From the human T2T-CHM13v2.0 reference genome, Homo sapiens: 64,000 bases of DNA. Below, piece after piece: positions 1 through 15,640 of the stretch. The notes below the pieces were generated by a model that worked only from the letters and a program-made list of their open reading frames with translations, was not told the DNA's origin and did not search any database. Every line of letters begins with the position of its first letter. The stretch's first letter is position 1. Where the stretch lies: assembly GCF_009914755.1 (NCBI RefSeq), contig NC_060927.1; one strand, written 5' to 3'. A program made the position numbers and the translations under genes.

Positions 1-29
1 AAGGAAAGAGTCCGTCCCTGAATGCTGGA

Positions 30-900
30 AGGTGACCCAGGAAGGCTTCCCAGAGAAGGTGATATTTGAGGTGGGTTCTGGAATGCAGATGAGTAGCAAA
101 GGGGGACAAGACACTGGAGGGACAGAAAGCATTCTAGAGAAGCTTGGCAGAAGAGAACAGCTGTTCAGGGGTGTAGGGCAGATGGGGGGAAGCCAGTATT
201 TTGGGCCAGAATGGCAAGGAAGTGATGTGCTCAGACCTGAATTTTGGAAATGTCGCATTACAGCTGTATGGAAGGTGGCCCAGAGCTAAGTAAAAGGCTG
301 CGCAATGGTCCAGATGAGAGATGATGAAGGTCTAACCAGGGCAGGTTGGGAGGGGCCGCGGAGGTTGGAGGAATGGAGGGGACGTTTCAGAGCCAAACCC
401 ATCAGCACTGTATGACCAACTGAAAGTGGGAGGCGAGGAGAGGGAGTTGTCAAGGATGACTTCAGTTTCTAAGCAGGCAACAGGGAGAATGACAGGAAAC
501 AAGACAGAGAAGAGAGGCAGTGGAGGAGCCGGTCTCCGTGAGGACAGTGGGGTGGATGAGTGAGGGGTACACATGATGGGTTTAAGGTACCCCAGGGAGC
601 AATAACTAACAGGCAGCTGGAAATGTGCAGGTGCATCTCCGGAGAGGCTGGGCCAGAGGGACAGATATGGGGAGGGTTAACAAAATCACAGAGATGGACA
701 AAATGAGCTGGAAGAAAAGAGCCCAAGATGGAGCCCTGGGAAAAACAAATGCTTGAGGAGGAAAAGAAAAGAGGAGGCCAAAACAACAGACAGAGTGGGA
801 ACAGCCAAAGAAAGACGAGAATGGGAGTGGGGCCAGAGCAAGCAGTGCCAGGTGAAGGAGACCCATCATGTGGCAGCCAGGGGCCCCCAATATGAGCGGC
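30..900 (+). mobile_element. L2 LINE relic
   Basis: Typical L2 motifs such as gaaggcttcccagagaaggtgatatttgag, gtccagatgagagatgatg and gagttgtcaaggatgac. Confidence 0.65.
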
Positions 901-3900
901 AAGGGCTGCTTTCACCATGAGGGTCCTCTGTGAGATTGGGGAGGCACATACGCTGAGAACTACCCTGTCAAGAGGGCCAGTGGGGAGTTGGAGGAGAGAG
1001 ACGTGAGAGATGGAGGCACGCCAGGGAGTGAAGGAGGTGTTTCTATACTGGGGACCTGTGTCCCTAGTTAGCCTCTACAGGAGGGACCTGGGGAAGGAGG
1101 CGGGGCGGGAGGCCAGGAGTCATGGAAGGAAGGAGGGAGGAAGGTGGCCAGAAGGAAAGAATGGAGGCCAGGTCAAAGGAGGGAATGCCTTGGGCAGGAG
1201 AAGGAACTGGGCTGCTCTGAGAAGCCAGGAGGTGCAGGACGTCGGCTGAGATGGAGAGGGAAGGCTTATGACGTCCTCAATGAGGCAGGAAGTTTATCTG
1301 CAAAAACATGAGGGCTTGGTGGAGACACAGGACTGGGAGCTACAGAGAGGACAGCAGTGAGGGCTCAGATCGGCCACTCTGGAGAAGAGGATATGACTAA
1401 AACAGCAAATCTCCTCAGAAGATCCTTGCCAAAATGTCTGGCCCAGGAGAGGAACTGGTTCAGAAGAGTTAGGAACGCAGCTTCAAGACTTTCCTCTGGA
1501 CTAGGATTTGTAGTCCTGACCACTCTCCCTGCCTCAATCTTCAAACCACTTTTTCCCAATACCAGTAGGGTCCATTTGTACAGGGAGAGTTTTCGCAAAA
1601 GAGAGCTAAGCACCCCCACACCCCTGCTGCGAGCACACACACATGCGCACACACACGTTCCACACCATGCTGGCCACTCCTGGTTCCATACAGGCCCACA
1701 TCTGTTTCTTGCTCTTGGTGAAGCCCCCAGCAGAGCGGCACATGTGGAGAGGCATGTGACAAGCAGATGAGAGGGACACTAACCCTGAGGTTAGAAAAAC
1801 CTATAACTTTCCCCCTCGCTGACCACAGGGTCAGTCAACTCTACCAGAATTAAGTGCTTCTCTGTCCGTGGCTCTGAATAGGACAAACTCCAGCCTGAAG
1901 TGAATACCACCAAAAACTAATTTAACGGACAGTGCACAGATGTCCATGCAGGCCTTCTGAGCTGCAACTACAAAAAACAAATGGTGCAGTGCTCGCTGGG
2001 GAGCTTAGCTCTATGGGGGGGCTACAAATAGCCCTTAGCCTTCCTCAAGAGTGGAGAGAGGAGAGGTACAATGAGGGCAAAGCCGTAGGAAGGGCCTGGC
2101 TTCCTACAGGGCCTGTACAGGGCTGGGTGCACCAGGACAGAGCAGGTGTTCCCGGTGATGGGGGTGAGGATGACTGCCAATCCCTGAGCCATCACGATGC
2201 CAGTTTCAGTCTCAGGCCAGGAAGCTGGACAGACACTTTGGGCCATCAGCTAGAGGAGAGAGGCCGTCCCCTACGACCCTTCCCCAGCAGATGCAGCTCA
2301 CAGCCAAGCCTGGCTTTTTCTTGTGGAAAAATGGGGGAAGAAGAGGGAGCTGGTCATACCTGGATGCTGTGCTAGTGGCCGGATGTCAAAGCAGCCTTTA
2401 TAATCCCCTTGATCGCCCAGTTTGGTGTCCATCTTTTGCTCACCCTAAATGAATGCCTCCACTGCGTCTTCAAGCCCATTTCCCTCCTGTGCCCTCTGGT
2501 GGAATGAGCCATGGAGGGCCACCTCCTCATGGGAGACCTGTTTGGCAGGAGCTCTGCTGCCAGGTGAACAGGTGGCCTGTGGGAGCCTAGATCCTCCTAA
2601 AATGGTTTTGAGCTTTCTCTGCATCCCAAGAGGTGCATTTCCCTGCAGGAAGGATGATACATGCTTAGATTTTTCAGAGGCCCAAAGGAAGATAAAAAGT
2701 TGCTTTGGGGGATTAAAAGACACCATGGAGTAAAGACAGAGGGCTGGGCCTGGCCTCCCCTGGGGCGTGGCAGATGTGAGTGAAGAACCTTCCTCATAAT
2801 CCCATGGTGATCCTGGGCCATCAAGGCTGCAGGTGCAGCACGGCCTGAGGCTAGGCCACCCAGTCCCATCCTGGGAATGGACTCAGCTCCTTCTCACCTT
2901 TGCCCACTCAGGACAGCAGGCTGAGGTCTGCATCCCCGAGGGTTCATCTCTGAGGTCTGCTCTCACATTGCCAGTCAACCTGCAACTGGCACGCTATAAA
3001 GAGAGACACGTGGGATGTGAGATGGACATTTCAAGGCCTCCCTCTTCCCTGGAATAAGGTGCCTAAAGCTGACTGGAAAACCAGAAGCCAAACACTACAA
3101 GGACACCGTGCTGACCCAGCCTTGGGCAGAGGCCAGCACACTTCCCATCTGCCCCTCCAGGGGCTTGGGGGCCGCCCAGCACACCTGCACATGAGGACCA
3201 GCTGCCCAAACAGACTGACCAGGGGTTCCTGGAAGCTCTAAGGATATACAGGGCATGCTGATACCTCTAGGCGGGTGGGAGGGGAGGAGACGGAAGGGAA
3301 AGGAAGCAAAAGTGTGTGGGTCTGGGGTAAGGAAAGGGAGCTACATTCTGAGGATTTCAAAGCACGTGCCACTCCTGAGGCTTTCAGGCCACAAAACCTG
3401 GCCAAACCCCCCCTTTCCAGCCTGATGACCACAGACTGTCTAAACACTTCCAGATGTCCTTGAGGGCTGTGCAGGGGACGGCAAGTGCAGCTTGGACAAA
3501 ACAGAGTGAAAGATCACCTCTTGGGAAAGAGAAGCTATAAATTACTATTATGACTTCCCACCCAGAAGGAGGGAGACACCCTGGGGCTGAAGACTGAGGG
3601 CGGCCAATGGAGACGTCCTTCCCAGGAGGACACCCAGTCAAGGACACTGCCTGGGCTGTCTCCAGTTGCCTTGTTCCAGCCCAGCCTCCACCATCACCCC
3701 TTCCCAAGGTCTAAATGCCACAGTACAGAAATATTACCAAAATATTCTCATCCTCACCCCAAGCAATGGGCTTAGCTTTTCCAGGGCCTGGGGTTCCTGT
3801 TAGGTCAGAGTAGTAACACAGGCAGGCCCTGCAACTTTAGTCTAACCTCCACTTGCACAACTCCAGGGGGTGCCATTCACAAGTGGGCCACATCTGAATG

Positions 3901-4360
3901 ACTGCCCTGCAGGTACAGGACCTTATGCTATAGTCCCACCGGCTAACAGTTCGCCTGGGGTGGCCGGTGGATCTACAACCAGCTCTCCTCCACCAAGCTC
4001 CCAGCTTGTCTGTCCAGCAACTTCATCTCCGTCCCAGGGGTACCCACAGTCCCACCAGAGTGTCCTGGGGCCCTCAAAGCACCCCCATCACACTGGGACT
4101 CTGGCAGTAGGGGCAGAGTCAGCAGCTGCTGAAAGCCTGCCTGCTCTGGACGAGCGCCTCCTCCTCACATCTAAAGCATTTGTCTTAATTTACTTTATGT
4201 AATTAAGAAAAATCCACTACTGTTGTGGCAGGAGTGGGGGAAGCAAGTTACACAACAGTATAGCCTCCGTTATACTAATTTGTTTTAAATGATTTCTAGA
4301 AAGAAATAGCAAAATGTGATAGAATTAAGGGGGATTTTATCCTTTCTCCTTTATACTTTT

Positions 4361-5048
4361 TTAACTTTCCAGATTGTTCAAGTGGTGTCTATGGCTTTAT
4401 GATCACAGAAACAGGGCTATGAATGTGAGCAAGTTTTTTTCTTCCCCTAGAGACACTTAAGATGTAAGTTCTGGGAGCTCCTGGAAGGCTACAAACCTGC
4501 CTGGGGTTCAGAAAGTCTGAGGAAGGGCTTAGATGGGCTCGGTCTGCAGGCAGCACAGGTTAGGCAGTGATCCACGGGGTTATCATAAACCGCAGACTTA
4601 GAGAGGCACAGAGACCATCCCCAGCTCTCATCAAAAGGTCAGCTGACCAAGGCCAGAGGGCACAAAGCTTGCCTAAGGCCAGTCAGCCGATGAGTGGTGA
4701 CAAAGCTGGAGTCTGAATCCAGGCCCTCGGTCCCCAGGCAGACAGTGTTACTCCCCTTCTCTGTATCTTTCTTTCTCTCTGCATGTCTCTCTTTCTCCAA
4801 CTTTCTGTCTCTTTCTCAGTCTCTGCCTCTCTGTCTCCCTCTCCCTCTCTCTCTCTCCCTCCACCACCACCTCCCTCTCTTGCACGCTATACCTCCAGGC
4901 CTCACTAAAGACTCTAATGGTGCCCCTTATTCATCCTCCCACATAGGACAGTCACTTTTTTTGTGGCAGGAGAATACAGCATCCACAGGAGGCCACCACT
5001 TTCTTAACTTTCCAGATTGTTCAAGTGGTGTCTGTGGCTTTATGATCA
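4361..5048 (+). repeat. 45-bp dispersed direct repeat (4361-4405 and 5004-5048)
   Basis: ttaactttccagattgttcaagtggtgtct[a/g]tggctttatgatca, 44/45 identical. Confidence 0.9.
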
Positions 5049-5369
5049 GAAGGGGGTCTCTACCACCCCCAGTGACTCTAAATGCACTGAGCTGAGACAA
5101 TGGCACATGCTAGGAAGACTGGGAATTTCAGTCCCTGTAATCAGACCACAAACAAGGCAACAGGTGAGGCAGGCACAGAGGCCCATGTTCCTGCCACCTG
5201 CTGCCCCGACACACACTGTACCAACAGTCTTCCCCCAGTGATACAAAAGAGCCCGGGGTCGAGAGTGAGGCAGGCCTTGGTTCAAGCCCTCTCACTCAGA
5301 ACTCTGCAGCCTTGGGTTCATTAAACCTTCTTGGAATCCCTGTGTCCTCATCAATAAAATGAGGGTGTT

Positions 5370-5700
5370 GGCCGGGTGCAGTGGCTCCTGCCTGTAATCC
5401 CAGCACTTTGGGAGGCAGAAGTGGGAGGATTACACAAGGACAGGAGTTCAAAACCAGCCTGAGCAACAGAGCAAGACTCTGATTCCATAAAAAAAAATTC
5501 TAAAAATTAGGTGGGCAGGGTGGGGTAATGCCTGTAGCCTTAGTTACCAGGGAGGCTGAACCAACAGGATCACTTGAGCCCAGGAGTTTGAGGCCACAGT
5601 AAGCTATGACTGTGCCACTGCACTCCAGCCTGGGCAACAGAGTGAGACCCTGTTTCTAAAAAATTAAAATAAAATAAAATAAAATAAAATAAAATAAAAT
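5370..5700 (+). mobile_element. Alu (AluJ-like) with (TAAAA)n tail, inserted in a MIR
   Basis: Dimeric Alu; TSD aaaatgagggtgt at 5356-5368 and 5701-5713. Confidence 0.93.
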
Positions 5701-5954
5701 AAAATGAGGGTGTGAGGGACAGCGTCACATGCGAAAGAGATAACATGTGCAAAGTGCCCATATGGCCCGGCAGGTGCTTACTACATGGAGGTCATCCTTG
5801 TTATGAACTCAGGCCTTCCTGCAGACCAGACTCCCCTGCACCCTGCCTCCCTGACATCCCTGGGCCCTGGGCTGGCTTCCCCTCCCTCCCTCCCGCCCCG
5901 GCTGCTGAGGACCCTTCAGGAACTATGCACAACAACAACAGCTTTTAAGATAGC

Positions 5955-6240
5955 GGCTGGGCGCGGTGGTTCACACCTGTAATCCCAGCACTTTGGGAGG
6001 CTAAGGGCAGATCATTTGAGGTCAGGAGTTCGAGACCAGGCTGGCCAACATGGTGAAACCCTGTCTCTACTAAAAATACACACACACAAAATTAGCCAGG
6101 CGTGGTGATGGGCACCTGTAATCCCAAGCTGAGGCAGGAGGATCACTTCAACCCATAAGGTGGAGGTTGCAGTGAGCCAAGATCGTGCCACTACACTCCT
6201 GCCTAGGCAACAGAGTGAGACTCTATCTCAAAAAAAAAAA
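5955..6240 (+). mobile_element. Alu (AluS-like)
   Basis: ggctgggcgcggtgg...gagactctatctc followed by poly(A). Confidence 0.92.
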
Positions 6241-7692
6241 GTTAGTGACATTTTAAATTTGTTTTTCTAACTTTAAAGAGATACACATAATTTTCTCTCT
6301 TCTCTTAACTCAATTTGATTTTAAAACATTTCTTTTCATCCAAATCAGAAATAATAAAGGATATTGCCTCCACTCCTACCACCTTAGCAAATCAATTGTT
6401 TCTATGTTTCCTTCTGGGGATCTCATTGTTTTTGAACGAATTTTTTTTAAAATGCATATCTAGGGTAGCACCTCATCCATCTATAGCACAACTGAGAGCG
6501 GGGAAATAGCCAAAAAGGCATCTGATGGGACAAAGTAGCTGTCACTTAGACTCCACACTCACATTCATGACTTGAACCAGAAGTGATCATCTCAGATTGT
6601 CACAAGTACCTGATAACTGTTGGTGTCCAAAAATTCTAATAATATACTTGTTAAGCTCGTGCAGTTTAGAAATAGCAAACTGGAAGGGAAGGTAGGATGG
6701 GGGCGGGGCAGAGCCACTTTGGCAGGCACTGTGATAACACTGAAAAGTGGTAAGGCACAGTTTATTAATGAGGAACAAGACAGAAAATGAGTTCTTAAAG
6801 TAAGCATAAGTTATCAAAACACCCAGTTGGACCTCTCTAGGGTACAAGCAAACCTCCTCTGACCCTCCTGAGGCCTGCTTTGTATTGTGGCAGGGGATGA
6901 TAATTAACTAATGCAATGGTGACCTGAGTCACCCAGAAAAGGTCGCATCAGCAACTACTTCAGGAAGTGGACAAAGCATGTACTTTCAGAAGACTTCTAT
7001 CAGGAAGAATTATAATAATAAATGCTGGCATGAATTTTTGATTATCCAGAAAAGCAGGCCACACAGAATGGCCCATTCCTCAAGGGTTCTGAAGAGAAGG
7101 TTGTTACTGAGACCCTTCATTTTTTAAGTGAAAATGACCCTTTGGACAGTCCCCACTTTTGGTGGGCCTTGTGTGATGTGCAGAAGGGCTCCCTAACTCT
7201 CAAGGACATAGACCTCTCCCCACTCAGAGGGCTGACCCCTTCAGGCCAATGCCCAGACCCAGAGGGGAATGTCAGTCCCTTGTCCCCTGGTCTAACTATC
7301 TGATAAATGGGCAATCCAGGGCCTTCAAGGCCTCCCAAATTGGTCTCCATGTGGCTCCACAATGGCTTATCTCCCAATAAACAGCTAAGCTGTAACCCCA
7401 GTCTACCTCCTCTCCCCTAAACATGCCCATCCTCCTTCACAGCACCTGTTCAGCCTGCCTCATATCTCCTGCCACTTCCCTCCCCATCAAAATCCCCCTC
7501 TGCCTGCTGAATCCTCCTCCGCCTCACAGGCTCCTTTCCATACTGAGTGGATGGCGCTGCCTGTACACCGCCTCCTTGGCTCTGTAAGCTACGTGCAGAC
7601 AGACACTCCTATTTGGTTCCCTACAGGAACAGCACTGTCTCAGCACCTGGTGGACCTTCAATAAACTTTTGCTGGATTTGAAAACCCATGTC

Positions 7693-7990
7693 AGCCAGGC
7701 ATGGTGGCTCACGTGTTACATAATCCCAGCACTTTGGGAGGGTGAGGTGGGAGGATTGCTTGAGTCCAGGAGTTCAAGACTAGCCTTGGCAACATAGTGT
7801 GACCCCGTCTCTACAAAAAAAAAAATTTTTTTAATTGCCGGGTGTGGTGGCATGTGCCTGTAGTCCCAGCTACTTGGGAAGCTGAGGTGGGAGGACCACT
7901 TGAGCCTAGGAAGTCGAGGTTGCAGTGAGCCATGATTTCACCCCTGCACTCCAGACTGGGAAACAGAGTGAAGATCCTGTCTCAAAAAAA
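7693..7990 (+). mobile_element. Alu (AluJ-like)
   Basis: Dimeric Alu whose tail runs directly into the purine tract. Confidence 0.92.
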
Positions 7991-9087
<1,097 letters not shown>

Positions 9088-9591
9088 ACCCATATCCATA
9101 CCACAGTGGATCACGGGCCCTGCTTTCTGTAGCACACAGGGGCATGCACGCCTGCGGGCACTTCACACACATGCCTCACCCTTCCCATGACTTTGGGGAA
9201 ACTTCTGTACAATGTGAGCTCCCGGAACTGGGAAAGGAAGAAAGGTCCCGCCGAGAAGGAATTCCCCTGGCCCAATAAGGATTTATGCTATTATTTTTCC
9301 TTCCACAAACCCTCAATAAACAGAAGAGCTAAATTTGTCTCTGTCCTGACATTCCTAAGAATGGGTGGAACTAGGTGGAAGGGAAGGGGCCCTGCCAGCA
9401 CTTGCCTCTGTGCCTCCTCTAGCTGACTTTTTCCTTACTGCTCGCTGCAGCACAGCAGAGGGGGAGGCATAGAAATATCCAGAATCACTTGCCCCTCTTC
9501 TGCCCCACTTCAAGCAGGAGTCCTGCCTGTGCTCAAAGACTGCCAAGGAAAGGAATGGACTCATCCATGCCAGCCCTTAATCACCATGGCT

Positions 9592-9876
9592 GGCCAGGCG
9601 CAGTGGCTCACGCCTGTGATCCCAACACTTTGGGAGGCCGAGGCGGAAGGATCCCTTGAGCTCCAGACTTTGAGACCAGCCTTGGCAAAAAAATCAAGAC
9701 TCTGTCTCTACAAAAAGTTTTAAAATTAGCCAGGCAAGGTGGTGTATACCTGTAGTCCTAGCTACTCAGGAGGCTGAGGCAAGAGGATGGCTTGAGCCCA
9801 GGAGTTCAGGGTTACAGTGAGCTGTGATCACACCACTGCACTCCAGCCTGAGTGACAGAGAGAGATTCTCTCAAAA
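9592..9876 (+). mobile_element. Alu (AluJ-like)
   Basis: ggccaggcgcagtggctcacgcctg...ccagcctgagtgacagag. Confidence 0.9.
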
Positions 9877-11357
9877 TTTTCAAAGCTCATGTCTGGAAGT
9901 TCTTCCTAGTGTCTGGTTTAAATCCCTTCTTCTGTTCTGCAGGGAAGATCTTCTTTGCTATTCTCAACTACTTCTTCCTCTGATCTAAAGTCAAATGGAC
10001 TTTTTCAAATCAGAGGGGAGGAGGTTAAGGAAGGGGACTGAGGAAAAGGGGGCTTTTGTAACTCTATCCCTGGCTCAAACCCTGGCTGGACAGATGAGGA
10101 ACTAATAGGGTGAAAACAGACAGTGAAGGGGACTGTGTGGGTGTAGACACAGCACAGAGGCTGCTGGGAGAGTAAAGAGAGGACCAAGAGAAGAGCAAGA
10201 AGGGAAATTTAAGGGTTAACCCTCCTGTTGAAAAGTCTACCTGACTGCAAGGCACTGACAAAGCTGCTCGCGGGTGTCTTGGGGTTCAGGCACCCCTTTG
10301 TCTGGGTTACTCTACTGCCTCAGCCCTGCAGCACCAAAGCAACCATCTGCTGCCCTCCTGCACACAGCATTGGCAACCTGTGCCCACTGCCATGGCAACC
10401 AGCTCTCCCAGTACCTGGAGGTCAGGTCTCGCCAGCAATGAGGCCCCCACGTGATTTCTAACAAAGTTCCCCCCTGCCAAAACCAAGTGCTCCCCCTGCC
10501 CCTCTACTGGGACCCACACACTTTGGCTGCAGAGTGATGGAGGGACCTGAGGGTGTCCCAACTCGAACCGGTCACACACAGCCATCACATGGTCTAGGGA
10601 GTCTGCCCTGGGGTCTCCTGGACTGAGACAACACAGGATCCTGAACGGGGCTTGGTTCTCTGCCGTTTTGCAAGGACAGATCTGAATAATGTCTGACCAT
10701 TTATGATCACTGCACCCCAGCCCCTTGTCGCCTCCAAACCATGCAGCACGCAGGGCCACTACCACAGGGATAATCTTCAAATACCATTTTCATCCAATCA
10801 CTCTTCAGCTCAAGCGCCTAAAATAGCAGCCCCAGCTTATCAGATCAAATCTAAATGTTTGTAATATTTCTACCCCTATACACACACTCCAACCTCAACC
10901 CTAGGTCCTCACCATTCAAGTCACGTACATCTCCTTTCTGTCCCAATTTTCCTGTCCCTGCCGTTTTCTTTGCCCATGCCATTAACCCCCTCCTGTGATG
11001 TCCTTGTCTTCTGGGTCATATCCACCTCCTTTAGCGAGCCACACTGCAGTCTGTCACTATAACTATTTGTACCTACCATGGTGTTAGGTGCAAATGAGTA
11101 AAACTGTAAAGGATCATCTTTCTGCCTGTGGGTTCCAAATTTCACTGCAAGCTCATCAATGGGAGAGCTTTCTCCTTCATTAGGCCTCGAGAATCCCCTG
11201 TTGGACTGGGAGCTCCCATAGGGCCGGCCATCCAGCTATCCCCTTAGAATCTCCCAGGGGCAGGACTGGGGGAGCTCTCTCCATACCCTCCCCAAGCTTC
11301 AGCCCCGCACTGGCTTCTCTAAGGGTTCCAAGGCAAGCTGGAGGGCCAAAGTCTAGA

Positions 11358-11630
11358 GCAGTGCTGCCCAGTGGAGCTCTCTGCAATGCTGGAATGTTCC
11401 ATAGATACCAGATTCCAAAGACTTGATGTGAACAAAAGATGTAAAGTCACCCACACGTATTTTTCATATTGGTTACCTGTTAAAATGATAATATTTGGAT
11501 ATGCTGGGTTAAATAAAGTGTATGCCTAAAACTCAGTTTACCTGTTTCTTTTCCCTTTTTAAAAAATACAGCTATGGAAAAATATTAAATTACACATATA
11601 GCTCACATTATGTTTCTATTGGACCATGGT
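11358..11630. mobile_element. hAT-Charlie DNA transposon relics (MER3-like start on +, MER33-like on -)
   Basis: cagtgctgcccagtggagctctctgcaatgctggaatgttc at the left; tagctcacattatgtttctattggac at the right. Confidence 0.6.
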
Positions 11631-11751
11631 CATCTATTTTATGTTAAAATGGTCTCTACCCACCGAAGGGTGTAATGAGCGTCCCATCTGAATTGTCCCT
11701 AGTTCCTACTTTCTTTTCCCTCTCCATACTGCTTTGTTTTCTTAGGCTTAT

Positions 11752-11860
11752 TTTTTTTTTACTGTGGTAAAAAACACATAACGTAAAATCTACCCTCTTA
11801 ACACATTTTGAAGTGGAGAGTACATTATTGTTAACTATATGCATATTATTGTACAGCATC
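11752..11860 (-). mobile_element. L1M 3' end fragment
   Basis: T-run followed by gtggtaaaaaacacataacgtaaaatctaccctcttaac...ttgtacagc. Confidence 0.65.
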
Positions 11861-12549
11861 ACTTTTCTCAGTTTAGTTTTCTTTAACCTTGATGTCTGCT
11901 TCTTCGATAGATACCTCCAATTATTTCTGGAACAAACTGGTATTACCAGTTAGTTAATTGACTTAGACCTTTAGTGCCCTAATGCTGAATCTTTCATCCC
12001 AGGAACGCTTCAGGAATAACCATAATCATAACAGCACATTTCATTTGTACTGCTTACAGTATGGGTGTGCTTTTTGCATGAGTCAGTTCGTGTAACGACC
12101 CTGTGGAACACGCAAGTCGGGAATTAATATCCCCAAGTCAACAGGTAAGGAAACAGAAGGCCAGGGGTTAAGGGCTGTGTACAAAGGCAGCTGCACAACT
12201 AAAGTTCAACCCCTGGACCCCTGGCCACTTTCCATTCCACGCATGCAGTAAGCACAATGAACATGGGTTCAGACGCAGCAGTTACATGTTCTCTTGCCCC
12301 ATCAAGAATTGTCTCTGCAATAGGAGGGACTGGGACACTGCTGATAAAAAGGGAAGTGTTACTAAGATAGGAGCAGCTAGTGAGGAGAGTTAAGAGGTCT
12401 AAAACAGAATCTGTGGGTCTGGGGTCCAGAATCACCTCTGCTCCCAAGTAACTGCATGCCCTTGGATCACTGCTTTTACATCCTGGGCTTTGGTTTCCTC
12501 ATCTGTGCTACAAGCAGCCGGATGCTTCAAGACGCAGCTAGACCAGCAC

Positions 12550-13430
<881 letters not shown>

Positions 13431-14808
13431 TTACATAGCAAAGATCCTGGATTTGAAGGTCCCCAAGAGCACGCATGGCTCTAACATGTCCGGGTAGGTC
13501 AGACAGGTGGTAAATGAGGTTGCACACTAAGCCCAGGCTCAGCTCTGGGGGCTCAGGGAAATGACAAGCACCTGAGGGCTGGGGAACCAGGGACCAGCAG
13601 AGCCCCATCCAGATGGGGAATGGCCATTCCTACCATCCCATCCCTCTACTTTAAAAAATGAGAGGGAAGGGCCATTTTTGTGGCTATTCGCACTTAGGAT
13701 GAAAAACAAGCATCTGTCTGACCATCCTTGGAGCCCACATAGTGGCTGGAGTCAGGTAGAGGAGCTAAGCAGGGAAGGGAGAGACATCACCCTCAATGGC
13801 TACTAACAGCTTTGCCCAGGGGCACCTACATAAGATTTTGTTGGAACAAGTGGTGGAAAGGTCAAGGCAGCATTTCTGGGGGGTAGGGAAGAGAAGCTGG
13901 GATCCCTCCTGAGTCCTAATCTCCCTCCCTGGTCAGCATTCTTCATGGCAGGAACTTTTCCCCAAACTTTCCAGTCCCTTTTGGCTGTTCTCTGAGACCT
14001 CTGCTCAGAGGTAGTGAGGAGAGGTAGTGTGGCAGGTAGCTCTTACCGAACCTACCTAAAAACCCGGCCTGTCTCAGAAAGGGTCTTAGAAATATACCGA
14101 AAGACTCAGATGTCCCCCTAGATGACTCCACGGTGCCTGTCCCTGCAGAATCCACAGTCAAAGACCCGGTGCACAGGTCATACCTCAGATACAGCCTCGA
14201 CAGGCTGGAGCAAATCCAGAGGACAGGGTCACATGGACAAGGGCTATGAAGAGAAGCTTATCCACCAGTTCCTCCAAGACCAGTGCTGGGCACCCCTGAG
14301 AGCTTAAAGGTAGTGTGATTAGGACACAAAAGGGAAGTGTGTTCTGAGCTGGATGGGGACCCATGGCCCTCGTCTCTCTATGAGCTGAGATAGGCTGAGA
14401 ACACAAGAGGCTTAGGGAGGGTTCCAACATGTTAAAGAGAAGGCAGAACCACAGTCGGTTATCAGGGCACGTGAGAGATGCCTAGACCACAAGCAGGACC
14501 TTTTAAGGTTGATGGCAAGGAGGAAAACCCTCGACTCTCCAAACATACTGCCTGGAGCAGACCCAGAGGTGGAATGCCGGGGCTGCAGAGCATGGCTCCA
14601 ACCCAGAGTTACTATTCTTGGGATCAAATCTGGCTGCCTGACAGCACTGGATTGATGGTGACTGGTGGCCATGTGTTGGCAATGCCGGCAGGATGCTGGA
14701 AGCCAAGGGGGCCCAGGAAGGCAAGCACCGGCTTCTTTTGAATCTCTCCATCCAAGGAAGAGCAGCTCATAGGACCAGGTTGGGAAAATGTTTAAAGGAG
14801 CCCTAGTC

Positions 14809-15160
<352 letters not shown>

Positions 15161-15337
15161 TTATGTTATATTTATTATATAATTAGAGATTGGTGATTTA
15201 AAAAGAAAAAAAGGAAAGCAGTAAAGCATTCCTCAACACTGTGTGATGGCAAGGAAATCAAAAGATGTCTTCACCAGTGTCTCCCCATCTGTCCTCTGCA
15301 TCTTGCAATGTCTTGAGCAGCACTTAGAGCACAGATT

Positions 15338-15640
15338 GGCCAGACACGGTGGCTCACGCCTGTACTCCCAGCATTTCGGGGGGCCGCGGCAGGCAGATCC
15401 CTTGAGCTCAAGTGTTGGGGACCAGCCTGGGCAATATGGGGAAACCCCATCTCTACAAAAGATACAAAAACTAGCCAAGTGTAGTGGCACACATCTGTGG
15501 TCTCAGCTACCTAGGAGGCTGAGGTGGGATTCCTTGAACCTGGGAAGATGAGGCTGCAGTGAGCCATGATTGCACCAACCACTACATGCCAGCCTAGGCA
15601 ACAGAGCGAGACCCTGTCTCAAAAAAAAAAAAAAAAAAAA
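15338..15640 (+). mobile_element. Alu (AluJ-like)
   Basis: Dimeric Alu; TSD agag(c/t)acagatt at 15326-15337 and 15641-15652. Confidence 0.92.
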
